Of a DNA stretch of 64,000 nucleotides, positions 9,727-19,961 are shown piece after piece. A program made the position numbers and the translations under genes. The notes under the pieces were generated by a model. That model worked only from the letters and a program-made list of their open reading frames with translations. It was not told the origin of the DNA and did not search any database. Each line of letters starts with the position of its first letter. Position 1 is the first letter of the stretch. This DNA comes from Candidatus Jordarchaeia archaeon (GTDB taxonomy: Archaea; Asgardarchaeota; Jordiarchaeia; Jordiarchaeales; Jordiarchaeaceae), in assembly GCA_029856435.1 (NCBI GenBank), contig JAHQXB010000143.1, positions 1-64,000 on the forward strand. The letters are read 5' to 3'.

Positions 9727-11187
9727 TTACCAAATCACTTCTTTGGGGGAGGCTCTGGCAAAGCTCCAGATAAAAACAAGGAACCAGAGTAGTACAGTTA
9801 CAGCCACGGCAGAGGTCATTATTATGCTGTTTGTTTGTATAAGGTACCATATTTGAAATGTTAGGTTAAGGTAGATGGTGTTTCCTGTGTCTATGAAGAA
9901 GTATACCAGTACCTTGGGAATTTCATGGATGGGGATGTATAAGTTTGACCAGTACTGATACGGAATCCACCTTATTACCAAATCTGGCATGGTATACAGG
10001 TATAATGATAAGTATTTTGGTAGTGTGGCTAGCTGGATTATGTATTTGCCTGTGAAGTAGTCTACTCCCAGAAAGGATCCCGCGAATATGAAGCCCACTA
10101 GTGAGGGGTTAAACCCAGTTCCTCTCTGCACCCCTTTAACCAGACAAACTAAAGTCACGAAACCTATTATTCCGAGACAAGCATAATTAATGTAACTGAA
10201 CAGGAGTTCTGGGTCTCCACCCCAAGTGACATAGCCAGAGGAACTCAAACCTGGAAGGTAGATGTAGGGTACAGTTAGGTACACTAAAATTAGGAAAACA
10301 ATGAACTCAAAAATTGCGAGCAACCGGTACGGTACCTCGGTCATTTTTATACCGTATGTTTGCGCTTCGAACTCTCCCGCTCCCGCAAATATTAGCCAAA
10401 TTATGGAGCCGATAGCCAACGCGTCAACTATACACATGGAAACCACGTATACCATAATCATGGTGTTAGTCCATATGCCCCAAATCCAATTCGCTAGAAG
10501 AGCAAAGACTTGTTCCCGGTAAAAAATATACGCGGCGTAAGCAGGCAACGGGCAAATCATGAGCACCAGAAGCGCTCCATAAACTATGCGGACATCTCTG
10601 CTAGCCCTCCAAACCCATTCACTCCTAGTTATGATTCTGCCTGCAAGGATTATTCCTGCAAAGACGCTGAGAATGGGCGAAATTGTGGGAAGCACAAAAA
10701 ACAGGATAACTATTAGGGCGTTGAAGCCATAGAAAATCCGGTAGCGTAGGGGGATGATTGTAGAACTACTATTCATTATGGAAAAGGTGTTGGCAAGTCT
10801 TGTCCTATTTATAACGATGAACAGGAGCCAAGGAAGAGAGAAAAAGATTGGGACAACCACATAATTCATCAGATAATCAGTGCGATTAAAAACTTGAAAA
10901 ACTTGCATAAAAGATTGATAAACAGGAATATTAGCTAGGAATGGATCTATGGGGAAAGGATACTGATAAATTTTGTAGGGCGAGATAGCAAAAATAAAGG
11001 CAAAGTATATGGGCAGGGCTACAGCGCATATTACAACCAGTAACCTAACAGCTAGAACTCCACCAATCTTTCTACTCACCGCGCGGGCCTCCAAGTGAAG
11101 TGAGCTTAAAACAGTATTATCTTTAATAAGGAGCTTCACTATAATAAAAGGTTTCCGTTTACGCAAAAAATTGGAAATTAGACGCAA
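9727..11187 (-). CDS. Multi-pass membrane protein, hypothetical (start uncertain)
   Basis: 486-aa ORF with about 10 hydrophobic segments. Confidence 0.8.
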   Translation of the reverse strand: MRLISNFLRKRKPFIIVKLLIKDNTVLSSLHLEARAVSRKIGGVLAVRLLVVICAVALPIYFAFIFAISPYKIYQYPFPIDPFLANIPVYQSFMQVFQVFNRTDYLMNYVVVPIFFSLPWLLFIVINRTRLANTFSIMNSSSTIIPLRYRIFYGFNALIVILFFVLPTISPILSVFAGIILAGRIITRSEWVWRASRDVRIVYGALLVLMICPLPAYAAYIFYREQVFALLANWIWGIWTNTMIMVYVVSMCIVDALAIGSIIWLIFAGAGEFEAQTYGIKMTEVPYRLLAIFEFIVFLILVYLTVPYIYLPGLSSSGYVTWGGDPELLFSYINYACLGIIGFVTLVCLVKGVQRGTGFNPSLVGFIFAGSFLGVDYFTGKYIIQLATLPKYLSLYLYTMPDLVIRWIPYQYWSNLYIPIHEIPKVLVYFFIDTGNTIYLNLTFQIWYLIQTNSIIMTSAVAVTVLLWFLVFIWSFARASPKEVIW

Positions 11188-11260
11188 CCCGCAAGCATCA
11201 AAAAAGCTACAAAAATAGTTAGTATGTTATGCGGATAACCTAACAAAATTCCAGTTCATT

Positions 11261-11788
11261 CTATTTGGGCTTTAGCACGAATTCCCATTCACACCAAAGT
11301 TTTTCGCCGTGCTTATCTGGGGGGCATACGATACAGTTAACTTCTATTTCTGGATTGAAAGCTTTGGCAAACTCCTTCAGGTAGGCCCACCTAACCTTCT
11401 TACAAGGAAACTCACTTAGCCCCTTCCTAGCTCTGGCCTTTTGAGTGCGGCAACTGGTAACCCTAAACACCGCCCGGTCTGAGAAAACCTGCCACTCCTT
11501 CGCTTCCTGGTACAAAGCCCAGCTGGTAGCCCTCAGGGCCTCCATGAGAGATTCTAAATCCCTATTTTTCAGCTCCAAAAGTTCGGCCAAGTCTCTAGCC
11601 TCCATTTTAGCTAGGCTACTCCAACAGTTTTTATCAATGTTTGTAGCGGCGTCGGTACCAAAACTTTCCTCTATTCCCAGAAAATAGAGACCGTCCACCC
11701 TCCAAATATTACTTATTTGCAGAGAGAAAAGATTAACCAGTTTTTCTTTGGGTAGACTTTGCAACCAAATTGCATCTTCATCATTCAT
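11261..11788 (-). CDS. DUF6125-like (V4R/HNOB-like fold) protein
   Basis: DGLYFLGIEE.FG.DAA, CRTQKAR, VCPPDKH..LWCEWEF. Confidence 0.8.
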   Translation of the reverse strand: MNDEDAIWLQSLPKEKLVNLFSLQISNIWRVDGLYFLGIEESFGTDAATNIDKNCWSSLAKMEARDLAELLELKNRDLESLMEALRATSWALYQEAKEWQVFSDRAVFRVTSCRTQKARARKGLSEFPCKKVRWAYLKEFAKAFNPEIEVNCIVCPPDKHGEKLWCEWEFVLKPK

Positions 11789-11977
11789 ACCTATTCACCG
11801 CAAAAAGATGCCTCCTTCCACAATAAATGTCTTTGCTTAAATTATTCAGACTCAAATATACACAAATTAACAATCCCATACGGCTCCCAGAGTGTTTCTT
11901 CTGGATATGTTACTTTAATAGAAAAGGAGTTTATTGTTTGCTGGGTTATCGTTCCTTTTTGTTAAGTACTTTTTTAA

Positions 11978-13195
11978 TTATTTGGTGAGTAGGCATGAGT
12001 CGATGGTGTGTCCGCTTATGTCCTTAGTTTCAATTTGGAGTGTCCTGTTCTGAAATATGCTAATCTGTGTGAAGCATAGAGTCACATTGCCATAATCACT
12101 GTAGGATTGGGGATAGTAGGGGTGGAATGGGGCTCCCCAACAACCATTGGTTAGGTACATGGTACCCTGCTGGTACGAAGCTACAACCGTGTTGTTATAC
12201 AGAGGTTTAGTTCGATGGTAATGATGAGTATGCCCTTGGACAACAATGTCAACATGGTACTGGTCGAAAAGAGGCACCCAATTCTCAATAAGAGTAGTGG
12301 CATTGCCATGTCCACCGCTATAGTAAACATTTTGGTGAAACATGACAATTTTCCACTTGTCTTCAGGAGTGTTTGTTAGAGTGTTGTTGAGCCAGTTTAC
12401 CTGATCAGTTGAAATTTCTGTTGGCGAAGCGTAGCTGTTTAGCACAATGATTCGCAAGTTTGGCCCCCAATCCATGTAGTACCACTGCTCATTTCCCGGG
12501 AGGGCGAACTGTTCATAGTAGTTAGTTGAGTTATATTCATGATTGCCCAAACACGGTATAATAGGGATGGTGAGACCGTTATCCCCTATCCAGTTATCGT
12601 TCACATCAGAAAACCATGAACTCCACTGCTCCTGTATTCTCCCATCCTCAACCATATCACCACTATGCATCACAAACACGGGATTCGCGTGGCGCATGGC
12701 TTTTGAAACCAGGATTCGATTGGCCTGGTTTGTTCGAGAGTCACCCCCACACACAAAAGTGAAGGAGGAAGGCGAGTCAGGAGCGGTTCTGAAGGCACGC
12801 TCATTGCTGTAATTTCCTGGGCCCCCGCAAATAAAGTAGTATGTGGTGCTGGGACTTAGATTAGTGAGTTCAACTTGATGGATGTATCCCGTAGCTCCAG
12901 CATACGAACGATGAACTCCTATAGCCTTATTCCGGTAAAAGGAGGGTATCCCACACCGGGATATGGAATCAAATAAAACTTCGTCACCTGTGTTTGGATC
13001 GACTGTTTGCCACATAACAGTTATACTATTGCGGGGATCATTTTGGAATGTTAAGTGTATGTTTATAGGCTTATCCTGAACCAAAATTACAGGAGAGTAG
13101 GGCAGAGGGGCCTGCAACTTTACAAGTAGGAGGTTTAGTAACATTAAGAGAAAAAATAGCATTAGCATTGTTGCGATGAGCCTTTTTAGCTTCAT
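11978..13195 (-). CDS. Secreted purple acid phosphatase-family metallophosphoesterase (FN3-like N domain)
   Basis: Signal/TM anchor; GDSR, GDMV, GNHE, MFH, GHTHHY motifs. Confidence 0.92.
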   Translation of the reverse strand: MKLKRLIATMLMLFFLLMLLNLLLVKLQAPLPYSPVILVQDKPINIHLTFQNDPRNSITVMWQTVDPNTGDEVLFDSISRCGIPSFYRNKAIGVHRSYAGATGYIHQVELTNLSPSTTYYFICGGPGNYSNERAFRTAPDSPSSFTFVCGGDSRTNQANRILVSKAMRHANPVFVMHSGDMVEDGRIQEQWSSWFSDVNDNWIGDNGLTIPIIPCLGNHEYNSTNYYEQFALPGNEQWYYMDWGPNLRIIVLNSYASPTEISTDQVNWLNNTLTNTPEDKWKIVMFHQNVYYSGGHGNATTLIENWVPLFDQYHVDIVVQGHTHHYHRTKPLYNNTVVASYQQGTMYLTNGCWGAPFHPYYPQSYSDYGNVTLCFTQISIFQNRTLQIETKDISGHTIDSCLLTK

Positions 13196-13368
13196 CTAGT
13201 ACCAAATCCCACTGAGATAATTATCATTTATAATGGCAGTTTAAAATTAAAAATTTGACGTAAGTGGCAACATTTGAAAAATTTATTTCCCCAGCTCTTT
13301 CTTAGTAGCTGGAAAATTATGAGGTATTTCACTAATATTTTTTGATTTTTGCACAATTGTTTTGTTAG

Positions 13369-14118
13369 TTAAATTGTATTTATTATCCAGTCTACTACGA
13401 CGTCCATGGCTTTTTTGTTGTTTCTTATTTGGTGATTTACATTTTTGCAGATTAGCAATTTTTTGGGCTCCTTAGCGTGCTGATATAGCTCGTAGGCGTT
13501 TTGAACTGGAATTATTTCGTCCTTGTCTCCATGAACTATGAGAACTGGCCTGGGTGAGATGCTTCCCGCCCAGTGGAGGGGTTTCAATTTTCTTAGATCC
13601 TCAACTAGTTCTTTTACTGTTTTCTCAACATTAGTTATCCTCAACACGCCAAATTCCTTTGCGTATTTTATCCCTTCCACTATTAGAGGAATTTTTCCCA
13701 GGTCTGAGGGACTCGAACAACTAGCGAAGGACTTAACTCTGGGGTCGTTAGCTACAACGGACCAAGATACGAATGCGCCAGCGCTGAAACTCACTAGTCC
13801 CAGTCTTTTCGGATCTATTCTTGGGAAAGAAGCAAGATAGGATATGGCGTCGGAAACATTGCGTGACCAGCCGGAAAAACTGAATTCTCCTTCGCTTCCA
13901 CTAGTTCCCTGAAAATTAAAAATTAGTGCAGCGCATCCCCTTCCACAAAACTCCTTGGCTAGTGAGGGATATCCTTTCTCCTCCACAGGTTTATTTTCTC
14001 GGGGTAATCCATGACAGATGCACACTGCAGGTACCGGTTTGACATCTTGGGGGAAAAAAATTGTTCCTCCCAAGCACACACCATTGCTGAGGAAGACGAC
14101 TTTTCTACTCTCAATCAT
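13369..14118 (-). CDS. Alpha/beta hydrolase
   Basis: HGLP oxyanion region, SFSAG nucleophile elbow, VHGDKDEIIP, NHQI. ATG at 14118 preferred. Confidence 0.88.
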   Translation of the reverse strand: MIESRKVVFLSNGVCLGGTIFFPQDVKPVPAVCICHGLPRENKPVEEKGYPSLAKEFCGRGCAALIFNFQGTSGSEGEFSFSGWSRNVSDAISYLASFPRIDPKRLGLVSFSAGAFVSWSVVANDPRVKSFASCSSPSDLGKIPLIVEGIKYAKEFGVLRITNVEKTVKELVEDLRKLKPLHWAGSISPRPVLIVHGDKDEIIPVQNAYELYQHAKEPKKLLICKNVNHQIRNNKKAMDVVVDWIINTI

Positions 14119-14244
14119 GTCAACACCAAGATTCGAACATCTGGAAATAGAATAATTTATAATTTTCCAATTCATAAGCTATACATAGACTATGTTTAGG
14201 GAGTATAAAGCCTTATTCGATAGGAGAGGGTAAAAATTACAACC

Positions 14245-14769
14245 TTGTATGTGGAGGAAGCCCCCTTCGCAAGGGTTTTTGCATACAGGGTGGTTTTCAT
14301 CTTTTTCCTCAGTTTCATAGTGTTCGGAATTCTGGCATACGAACTGGGCCAGTTCTCGACTCAGCAATTATTCAGCACATCGATGAGCGCTGTACAATTA
14401 TTAGCCCTAACATATTTGGGAGTAGCGTCTTTCCTAATCTATTTGGGAATGGTTTACTACAAGTTTAGATACGTGGTTAGGAGAGACAGATTACAGATTA
14501 AATTCTTCCCTTTCACAATTTCTATCCGTTACGACACGGTGTACGAAATTGATTTGGTTCCACATGAAACCTTGGAGCATTCTCCAAGGTTTGGACTTAT
14601 GCTTCTGGGAAATTCCCTCATTGCCGTTGCAGGCAAAAAACCCGTTCTTTACATAAAAAGAATGGAGGGCATAATCACAGATTTTTATATTTCCTCAGAA
14701 TACCCGGAACAGTTGATATCCAGAATTAAATTCAATATGAAGAAGTACTTCGCACCCAGAAAAACTTGA
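14245..14769 (+). CDS. Membrane protein with bacterial-type PH-like domain
   Basis: 2 TM followed by YRI-type strands, I.Y..V..I, ISSEYPEQL. Confidence 0.65.
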   Translation: MYVEEAPFARVFAYRVVFIFFLSFIVFGILAYELGQFSTQQLFSTSMSAVQLLALTYLGVASFLIYLGMVYYKFRYVVRRDRLQIKFFPFTISIRYDTVYEIDLVPHETLEHSPRFGLMLLGNSLIAVAGKKPVLYIKRMEGIITDFYISSEYPEQLISRIKFNMKKYFAPRKT

Positions 14770-14791
14770 AAGGACAAGTGTTCTAGCCCTT

Positions 14792-15697
14792 TCATGATTC
14801 AGGATTTTTCGGAGAGCCTTTTTTAAGCACCAACCTCTGTAGAATGTTTTTCGCAGTTTCTTTTACGTTCTTATCGGGATCATCAGTGGAGCTAGATATT
14901 TTCTGAATCAGATAATTTGTTTTTACTCCCTGATGGGCAATGGCTCCAAGTGCAAAAACAGCGTTGGCTCGTACATGAGGATCAGGGTCATTTAGTAAGT
15001 TGAGTAGCGGGTTTAAGATTCTCTCGTCAACCTGTTTTTCTTCGGCATTTTCCCCTATTACGAATGCGATTCCTTCACGAATCTGGGGATCTTTGTGACT
15101 CAAAAGTTCAATAAATTTTTCCAAGAATCGTTCCTTCATTTGCCCCTTGTCCCAGATGTTTTCCGCCAAGGCAATAGATAGCCCGACCTTAACATTTGGG
15201 TCTCCAGTTTCCAGTATTTTTTCTATAAGTTCTGAACTGTTTTTTTCCAGAATGTCTTTTACGGAGTAAATTCCAAGAGTCCAGCCCGCGTTGGCTCGGA
15301 GTTCCTTATCATCGTCGGTGAGAAATCTGAGAAGCGTTTTTATGATGCCCGTACTGTAAAAGCCCAGCTTAGCATACTCGCCCAGAGCAGTGGTGGCGCG
15401 ACAACGCACCTTACTACTCCAATCCTTTAATAGTTTTGTTAGAGGTTTTATAGCAGCCTCATCAAAAATTCCGCGGGAGGCATACTCTCCAACAGCAAAA
15501 GCGGAGTTCATCCGAACCTCCCTATCCGCATCCTGCAACAGTAGTATAAGCAGCTTTAAAGCCCTTCTATCAAGTTGGCCTTGCAACGCACACCTTCCAA
15601 TGTTAAAAGCCGCACGGCTCCGCAACATTCTTTTCGAATCAGTCAACAGTGAAATCTGCTCTTCCAAGTCCTGCCCCTTCAACTTCTGGCACCCCAT
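14792..15697 (-). CDS. HEAT-repeat protein (native start likely ATG 15697 or TTG 15667; ORF currently extends to 16108 through a MITE)
   Basis: Repeated LL.D.D..VR..AA.ALG units. Confidence 0.88.
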   Translation of the reverse strand: MGCQKLKGQDLEEQISLLTDSKRMLRSRAAFNIGRCALQGQLDRRALKLLILLLQDADREVRMNSAFAVGEYASRGIFDEAAIKPLTKLLKDWSSKVRCRATTALGEYAKLGFYSTGIIKTLLRFLTDDDKELRANAGWTLGIYSVKDILEKNSSELIEKILETGDPNVKVGLSIALAENIWDKGQMKERFLEKFIELLSHKDPQIREGIAFVIGENAEEKQVDERILNPLLNLLNDPDPHVRANAVFALGAIAHQGVKTNYLIQKISSSTDDPDKNVKETAKNILQRLVLKKGSPKNPES

Positions 15698-15700
15698 TTG

Positions 15701-15808
15701 GGTGATGTAGATTAGTCCGATTCCACCCCTCATTTCGAGGCTCTGAATCAGAAAAGAAGCCCTATGAAAGCTTCCTTCGAAGGCGAAATCGAACGAATCT
15801 ACACCACG
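15701..15808 (-). mobile_element. 108-bp hairpin MITE, copy B, inside the 14792-16108 ORF
   Basis: Near-identical to 946-1053. Flanked by 8-bp direct repeat CCCATTTG (15693-15700, 15809-15816). Confidence 0.85.
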
Positions 15809-16299
15809 CCCATTTGGTTGCTTACTATTTTCTGGGTGGATTTCCTGCCGATTAACTTTAACTCCTATTAATATTATTACAGTTCCAATTATTTCTATGG
15901 AAGCAGGAATTAAATATACCGCTAATGGAAGCAAAAATAAGTTCTTCACAAAATCCAAAGGAATTAAAGTGTGGTAGAGTAAATAAATGGCAAGAGGGAC
16001 CACCCAATAGCCCACCAACAAAAAAGCTACACCAAATATAACGATTTTTAGCGTAAGAGTCAAAATCAAACCCAAAAAAGGAGTCTTCCCACCAACACAG
16101 TATACCAATCAGCCCCACAAGGGAAAGTAAGAAAATTGCCAAATCTGTTAGCGAGAAAGCCCCCGACTTTCGCCGGGGAGCGCCAACAAATCTGTTTCAC
16201 CAGTGCTGGGTAAAAAAGTAGCCCGTTAGCTAGTGCCCAAGAAGGAATGAAAATTAAAAACCATACAACTTTCCTAAACAGCTCATCAATCCGTACCAC
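15809..16299 (-). pseudogene. Probable decayed multi-pass membrane protein gene
   Basis: Hydrophobic segments split over three frames (ORFs 16066-16299, 15858-16142, N-part of 14792-16108). A6 run at 16074-16079 lies at one apparent frame switch. Confidence 0.5.
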
Positions 16300-16338
16300 A
16301 CCTTTTTAGTTCTAAAAATCTAGCCCATTCACCCTCCT

Positions 16339-17340
16339 TTATCTTAGAACTTGTAGAAGCTCCAATGATTTCCTAATTTCTTCTTTGGAACCAGTTATTT
16401 CCACTGCAATGATTTCCGTCACTTTTTTTAATTTTTTGGCCAGATCAAGTATTTGCCTGTTTACCGCAGTATCGGAGTAGGGATAGTGATCCCAGTACAT
16501 CAAGGTTTTATCTAAATACTTTACGGAAAAATCTTGTATTTCAGGTCTCAAAAAACTTAGATGAATCTCTTTTATGGGTAGACCATCGAAATCCACCTGT
16601 TCAAGATTAATATTCTGATATGCACAGTTCACGGCCATGTGCCCCAAGTCTAACAGTAGTCCTATGTGCTTTGAGATTTCGCCTAGTTCGGCCTCATTCA
16701 TACCAATAGCCGGTGACTCCAAATCCGCTCCATAAATGTTTTCCAACGCCACTAGGGACAAAAGACCATCCCTTTTTAAAATGTGGCTGAACTCAGAAAT
16801 GTTCTCAATACATTTTTGAGTGGGCAGCGTTCTGCCCTTTATTACAAAGTCGTTGGGACCACTAATTTTACCTCGAAGACCCCCATGAACCCCATAAAGT
16901 TTCCAATCAGCTAAAAAGCCATTAACCCTTTTAACCATTTTCTTAACCATGCGAGCCGAGCCCTGAGGATTCACGGCGGGGTTCATCATAAAGTTCTTAT
17001 CGTAATCAGTCTTTATCGCTGGAAGGTTATGAATAGTAAAAATTTTTTCACCAAAAGCCTCACATATCTTCTTATTCTTCTCTTCTAAACCTATACCCAA
17101 CTCAAAGCCATCAATGTAATCTTCAATTTCCTTCAGAATAGAGATACTGTGCTTAGCAGTTGAAATCAACAGCACAACAAACCATCTCAGAAAAAAGGAA
17201 AGACAAAGAATATAAGAATCTTCCCCAATAAATTCCCAACCATCAAATAGTGCGTCATCGATTCCCCCAAATTTTACAAAACCATCGAAGAAGAAAAACC
17301 CACTTACAGTAGCTGGAAGTGTGAGTTCTATTAGCACCAC
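16339..17340 (-). CDS. Sugar phosphate isomerase/epimerase-like TIM barrel protein (start uncertain)
   Basis: ALEN, LDLGH, EIHLS, DH, AVE metal-binding pattern. Confidence 0.7.
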   Translation of the reverse strand: MVLIELTLPATVSGFFFFDGFVKFGGIDDALFDGWEFIGEDSYILCLSFFLRWFVVLLISTAKHSISILKEIEDYIDGFELGIGLEEKNKKICEAFGEKIFTIHNLPAIKTDYDKNFMMNPAVNPQGSARMVKKMVKRVNGFLADWKLYGVHGGLRGKISGPNDFVIKGRTLPTQKCIENISEFSHILKRDGLLSLVALENIYGADLESPAIGMNEAELGEISKHIGLLLDLGHMAVNCAYQNINLEQVDFDGLPIKEIHLSFLRPEIQDFSVKYLDKTLMYWDHYPYSDTAVNRQILDLAKKLKKVTEIIAVEITGSKEEIRKSLELLQVLR

Positions 17341-17428
17341 ATCAAAAAAGGGTATACATGTTTTAGCTGAGGGGCAGGGGGAAAGTAGAGGTTGCTTATT
17401 GTCTTTATTGGAAAGGGAGTTTATTAAT

Positions 17429-17989
17429 TTAAGTTTTGGTTATTTTTTTCCATTTTGATGTTTTCTTTTCTTCTTCCTTTGCTAGTTCTTCGTCTACTTC
17501 TTTGTAGATTGCTGGTCGAACATAGAGGGTTAGTCCCTCGAAACCTATGACTTCAACTTCTTCTCCTTGGTAGGCGTAGGGCTTTCCTTTGCAAATTGCG
17601 CTCCAAAGTTCCCCTTCCAAATTTACTTGGCCTTTAGGGTCTATGTCAGTTTTAGCTATACCTATTTTGCCTATGAGTGATTGGGGTTCCAACTTGGATT
17701 TTAGTTTTCTAACTTGGTATCCCTTATATGCCACGTATCCAAAAAATACAGCTAACACTGCGCCAGATAGCATAATGGTGTACTTCAAAACATTCACAAG
17801 ATAAACAATTGTGGTGTCTTCTGGGAGGGGCATTTGGAAGAGTATAATAATGGCAATCACTATGCAACCAATGCCACCCACCGCTAGGATTCCAATTCCG
17901 AATTTGGCTTCGAGAACCATAAAAATTATACCAATGGCCACAAACACTAGAGAGGCTAAGACACTAACAACCCATGCTTCAAGAGCCAT
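17429..17989 (-). CDS. NfeD family protein
   Basis: 3 TM followed by LIGKIGIAKTDIDPKGQVNLEGELWSA OB-like domain. Confidence 0.9.
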   Translation of the reverse strand: MALEAWVVSVLASLVFVAIGIIFMVLEAKFGIGILAVGGIGCIVIAIIILFQMPLPEDTTIVYLVNVLKYTIMLSGAVLAVFFGYVAYKGYQVRKLKSKLEPQSLIGKIGIAKTDIDPKGQVNLEGELWSAICKGKPYAYQGEEVEVIGFEGLTLYVRPAIYKEVDEELAKEEEKKTSKWKKITKT

Positions 17990-18006
17990 AAAATCACCCC
18001 AAAAAG

Positions 18007-18189
18007 TTACTTAAAATGAGACCCCATCCTAGGTAACATTTCTAAACATTTAAACGCGAATCCACACGATTCGATGAATCTATTGGAAAGAACACTGTAC
18101 AGATTTAGTTGAGATACCACTCGCTTCAGACAATTAGCGGATTGACAGGCCGGAAAGGCTGCTTCTGGAAGACTCACTTCGACCTCCAC
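18007..18189 (-). CDS. Small Cys-containing hypothetical protein (possibly starts about 24 nt upstream at CTG)
   Basis: ORF directly upstream of nfeD; GAGGTGA RBS about 6 nt before an in-frame CTG. Confidence 0.35.
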   Translation of the reverse strand: MEVEVSLPEAAFPACQSANCLKRVVSQLNLYSVLSNRFIESCGFAFKCLEMLPRMGSHFK

Positions 18190-18432
18190 AGGGATGCCTT
18201 TTTCAAAGCTCAGAAGTTTTCACCTCACCCTTTAATGTATGATTTAGATTTACCGAAATTTTCGTGTCCCAAACCCTAGATTAAATCTGCGTTTTAAGGA
18301 GATTCTCATTTAGTAGTTATTTTATATTGCGAGTTTAAAAAACTATTTATAGAGGTAAAATTTTTGGATTGAGCATTAAAAATGAGCCAGATGCATATTA
18401 TCTAAAAACTTTTAAAGCTGGATGGGCTTGGC

Positions 18433-19053
18433 TTAGTTTGTGCTTTTCTTGGTTGCAAGCTTTACTCGGGGAATTATGTGGTATATTTCATCTTTTTGCT
18501 TCTGGCCTTTTTCGCTTGTTTTTTCCATATCAGTCTTTTGCTCTGGCTCATCCTTACTCAATTTGAATATTCCCATCTTTTGTTTTGGCTCCTCGTCTTG
18601 GCTTTGAGAGGGGCTGGGAAAGGTGGGATTTGGAGGATGTGCGGGTTCGGAAGTAGAGGTAAAGCTTGGTTGGCGGGGGATTAATTCCTTTTTCGAAGCG
18701 GGGAGTGAGGGGGAGGGGAAAAAGTCTTTTGAGGAAGTACTCGGTGAGGTTTCCAAAGTTTCATAGGGGCTACGGCTGATGGCAGAGATTTGAGAGTCTT
18801 CCACTCGGTCTTTCACTTTGAGAGGGGGCTGTTGAAGGTTGGTTCTTTCATTTTCGTCTTCGGGGAAAATTCTCCTGAAACCGTAAAGTTCTTGGATGAT
18901 TATTTTCACTTGCTGTTCTAAGACTTTGAAGCGACGGTTTAGGTCGGACACTTCCTCAAATAGGATTTTGGTCATATTCTGAATGTTTTCCTGATTTTCC
19001 CAATAATTTCCCTTCAACGCTTTACCTTTCTTGGACAGAAACAATTTTCCCAC
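18433..19053 (-). CDS. Hypothetical protein: N-terminal coiled coil plus Ser/Pro-rich disordered region
   Basis: 206-aa ORF, heptad pattern in the N-terminal third, low-complexity tail. Confidence 0.7.
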   Translation of the reverse strand: MGKLFLSKKGKALKGNYWENQENIQNMTKILFEEVSDLNRRFKVLEQQVKIIIQELYGFRRIFPEDENERTNLQQPPLKVKDRVEDSQISAISRSPYETLETSPSTSSKDFFPSPSLPASKKELIPRQPSFTSTSEPAHPPNPTFPSPSQSQDEEPKQKMGIFKLSKDEPEQKTDMEKTSEKGQKQKDEIYHIIPRVKLATKKSTN

Positions 19054-19561
19054 CTTTCCTTTATCTCGTAAATAATGGTTTTACTAAAAAAAGTGTGTGA
19101 GATGAGGATGTTACACCAATAGCTTTAGTAATCATCCGCCAGAAACAGAGGCACCTGGCACCCGTTAATTGTTTTGCTCAAACACTATGCATCCCTTAAC
19201 GACACAGGCAAACTACTCAAAAAAGAGTCCTAATCAAAAGGTTTCTTCAGCATTATGGGACATTGACTGGATCAACTTTTAAACCGTTTTTTTGGACGGA
19301 GACTTTTCTTTATATTAAAAGCATAATAGATTTAGTAGGGGGTTGTAATTACATTCAAATATTAATTAATTCTTGGAGGGAATTCAATTTTTTGCGAGTG
19401 TTTGTTTAAGGGCTATTTTTTCCGGCTCGGAGAAATGTTTGGTTAAAAAAGGGGGTTTAAAATATTTTTCTCTCATATTTGAATGAATTGTGTAGCTTTA
19501 TAACAAAATATTTATATACCTAATTGTACATACCTAGATACAAGACATTTGAGGTGGTTTT

Positions 19562-19771
19562 TTGCTGGAAAAGGCAATCTCCCTAATAAGGATGACCGAG
19601 AGTCTTAAGTTTGCGTTGGAGAAAGGGTGGTATGATAGAGCCCTACTGCTAGCTAACGGAATCCAAAAAATTGCGGAGTTGCTTGAAACAGAAATTGGAA
19701 ATACCCACTTAAGCATACAATCAGTTAGAATGTCCCAAGAACTCCTGACCCTATATAAGACATCAACCTAA
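19562..19771 (+). CDS. Small helical hypothetical protein
   Basis: GAGGTGG RBS before TTG; amphipathic helices. Confidence 0.55.
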   Translation: MLEKAISLIRMTESLKFALEKGWYDRALLLANGIQKIAELLETEIGNTHLSIQSVRMSQELLTLYKTST

Positions 19772-19961
19772 CCTAAATAATAAATCATCAAAAAGTTTCT
19801 TAGTGCTAATTTTGCATTCAAAATAAACATAAATATTTAAAAACTCTTAAAAAGCATATATTCACTATCCTAAAAGACCTGATTGATAAAATTTCAAATA
19901 TTAACTGTTTAGACAAATTTTAAATAGGTTTTACAATCACATTCTTATTATTTTAGGTGAT

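Noticed and set aside
17170-17290. AACCATC recurring three times in the N-terminal part of ORF 16339-17340
   Set aside because: Irregular spacing (about 59 and 41 nt); explained by recurring DG-(F/W) codons.
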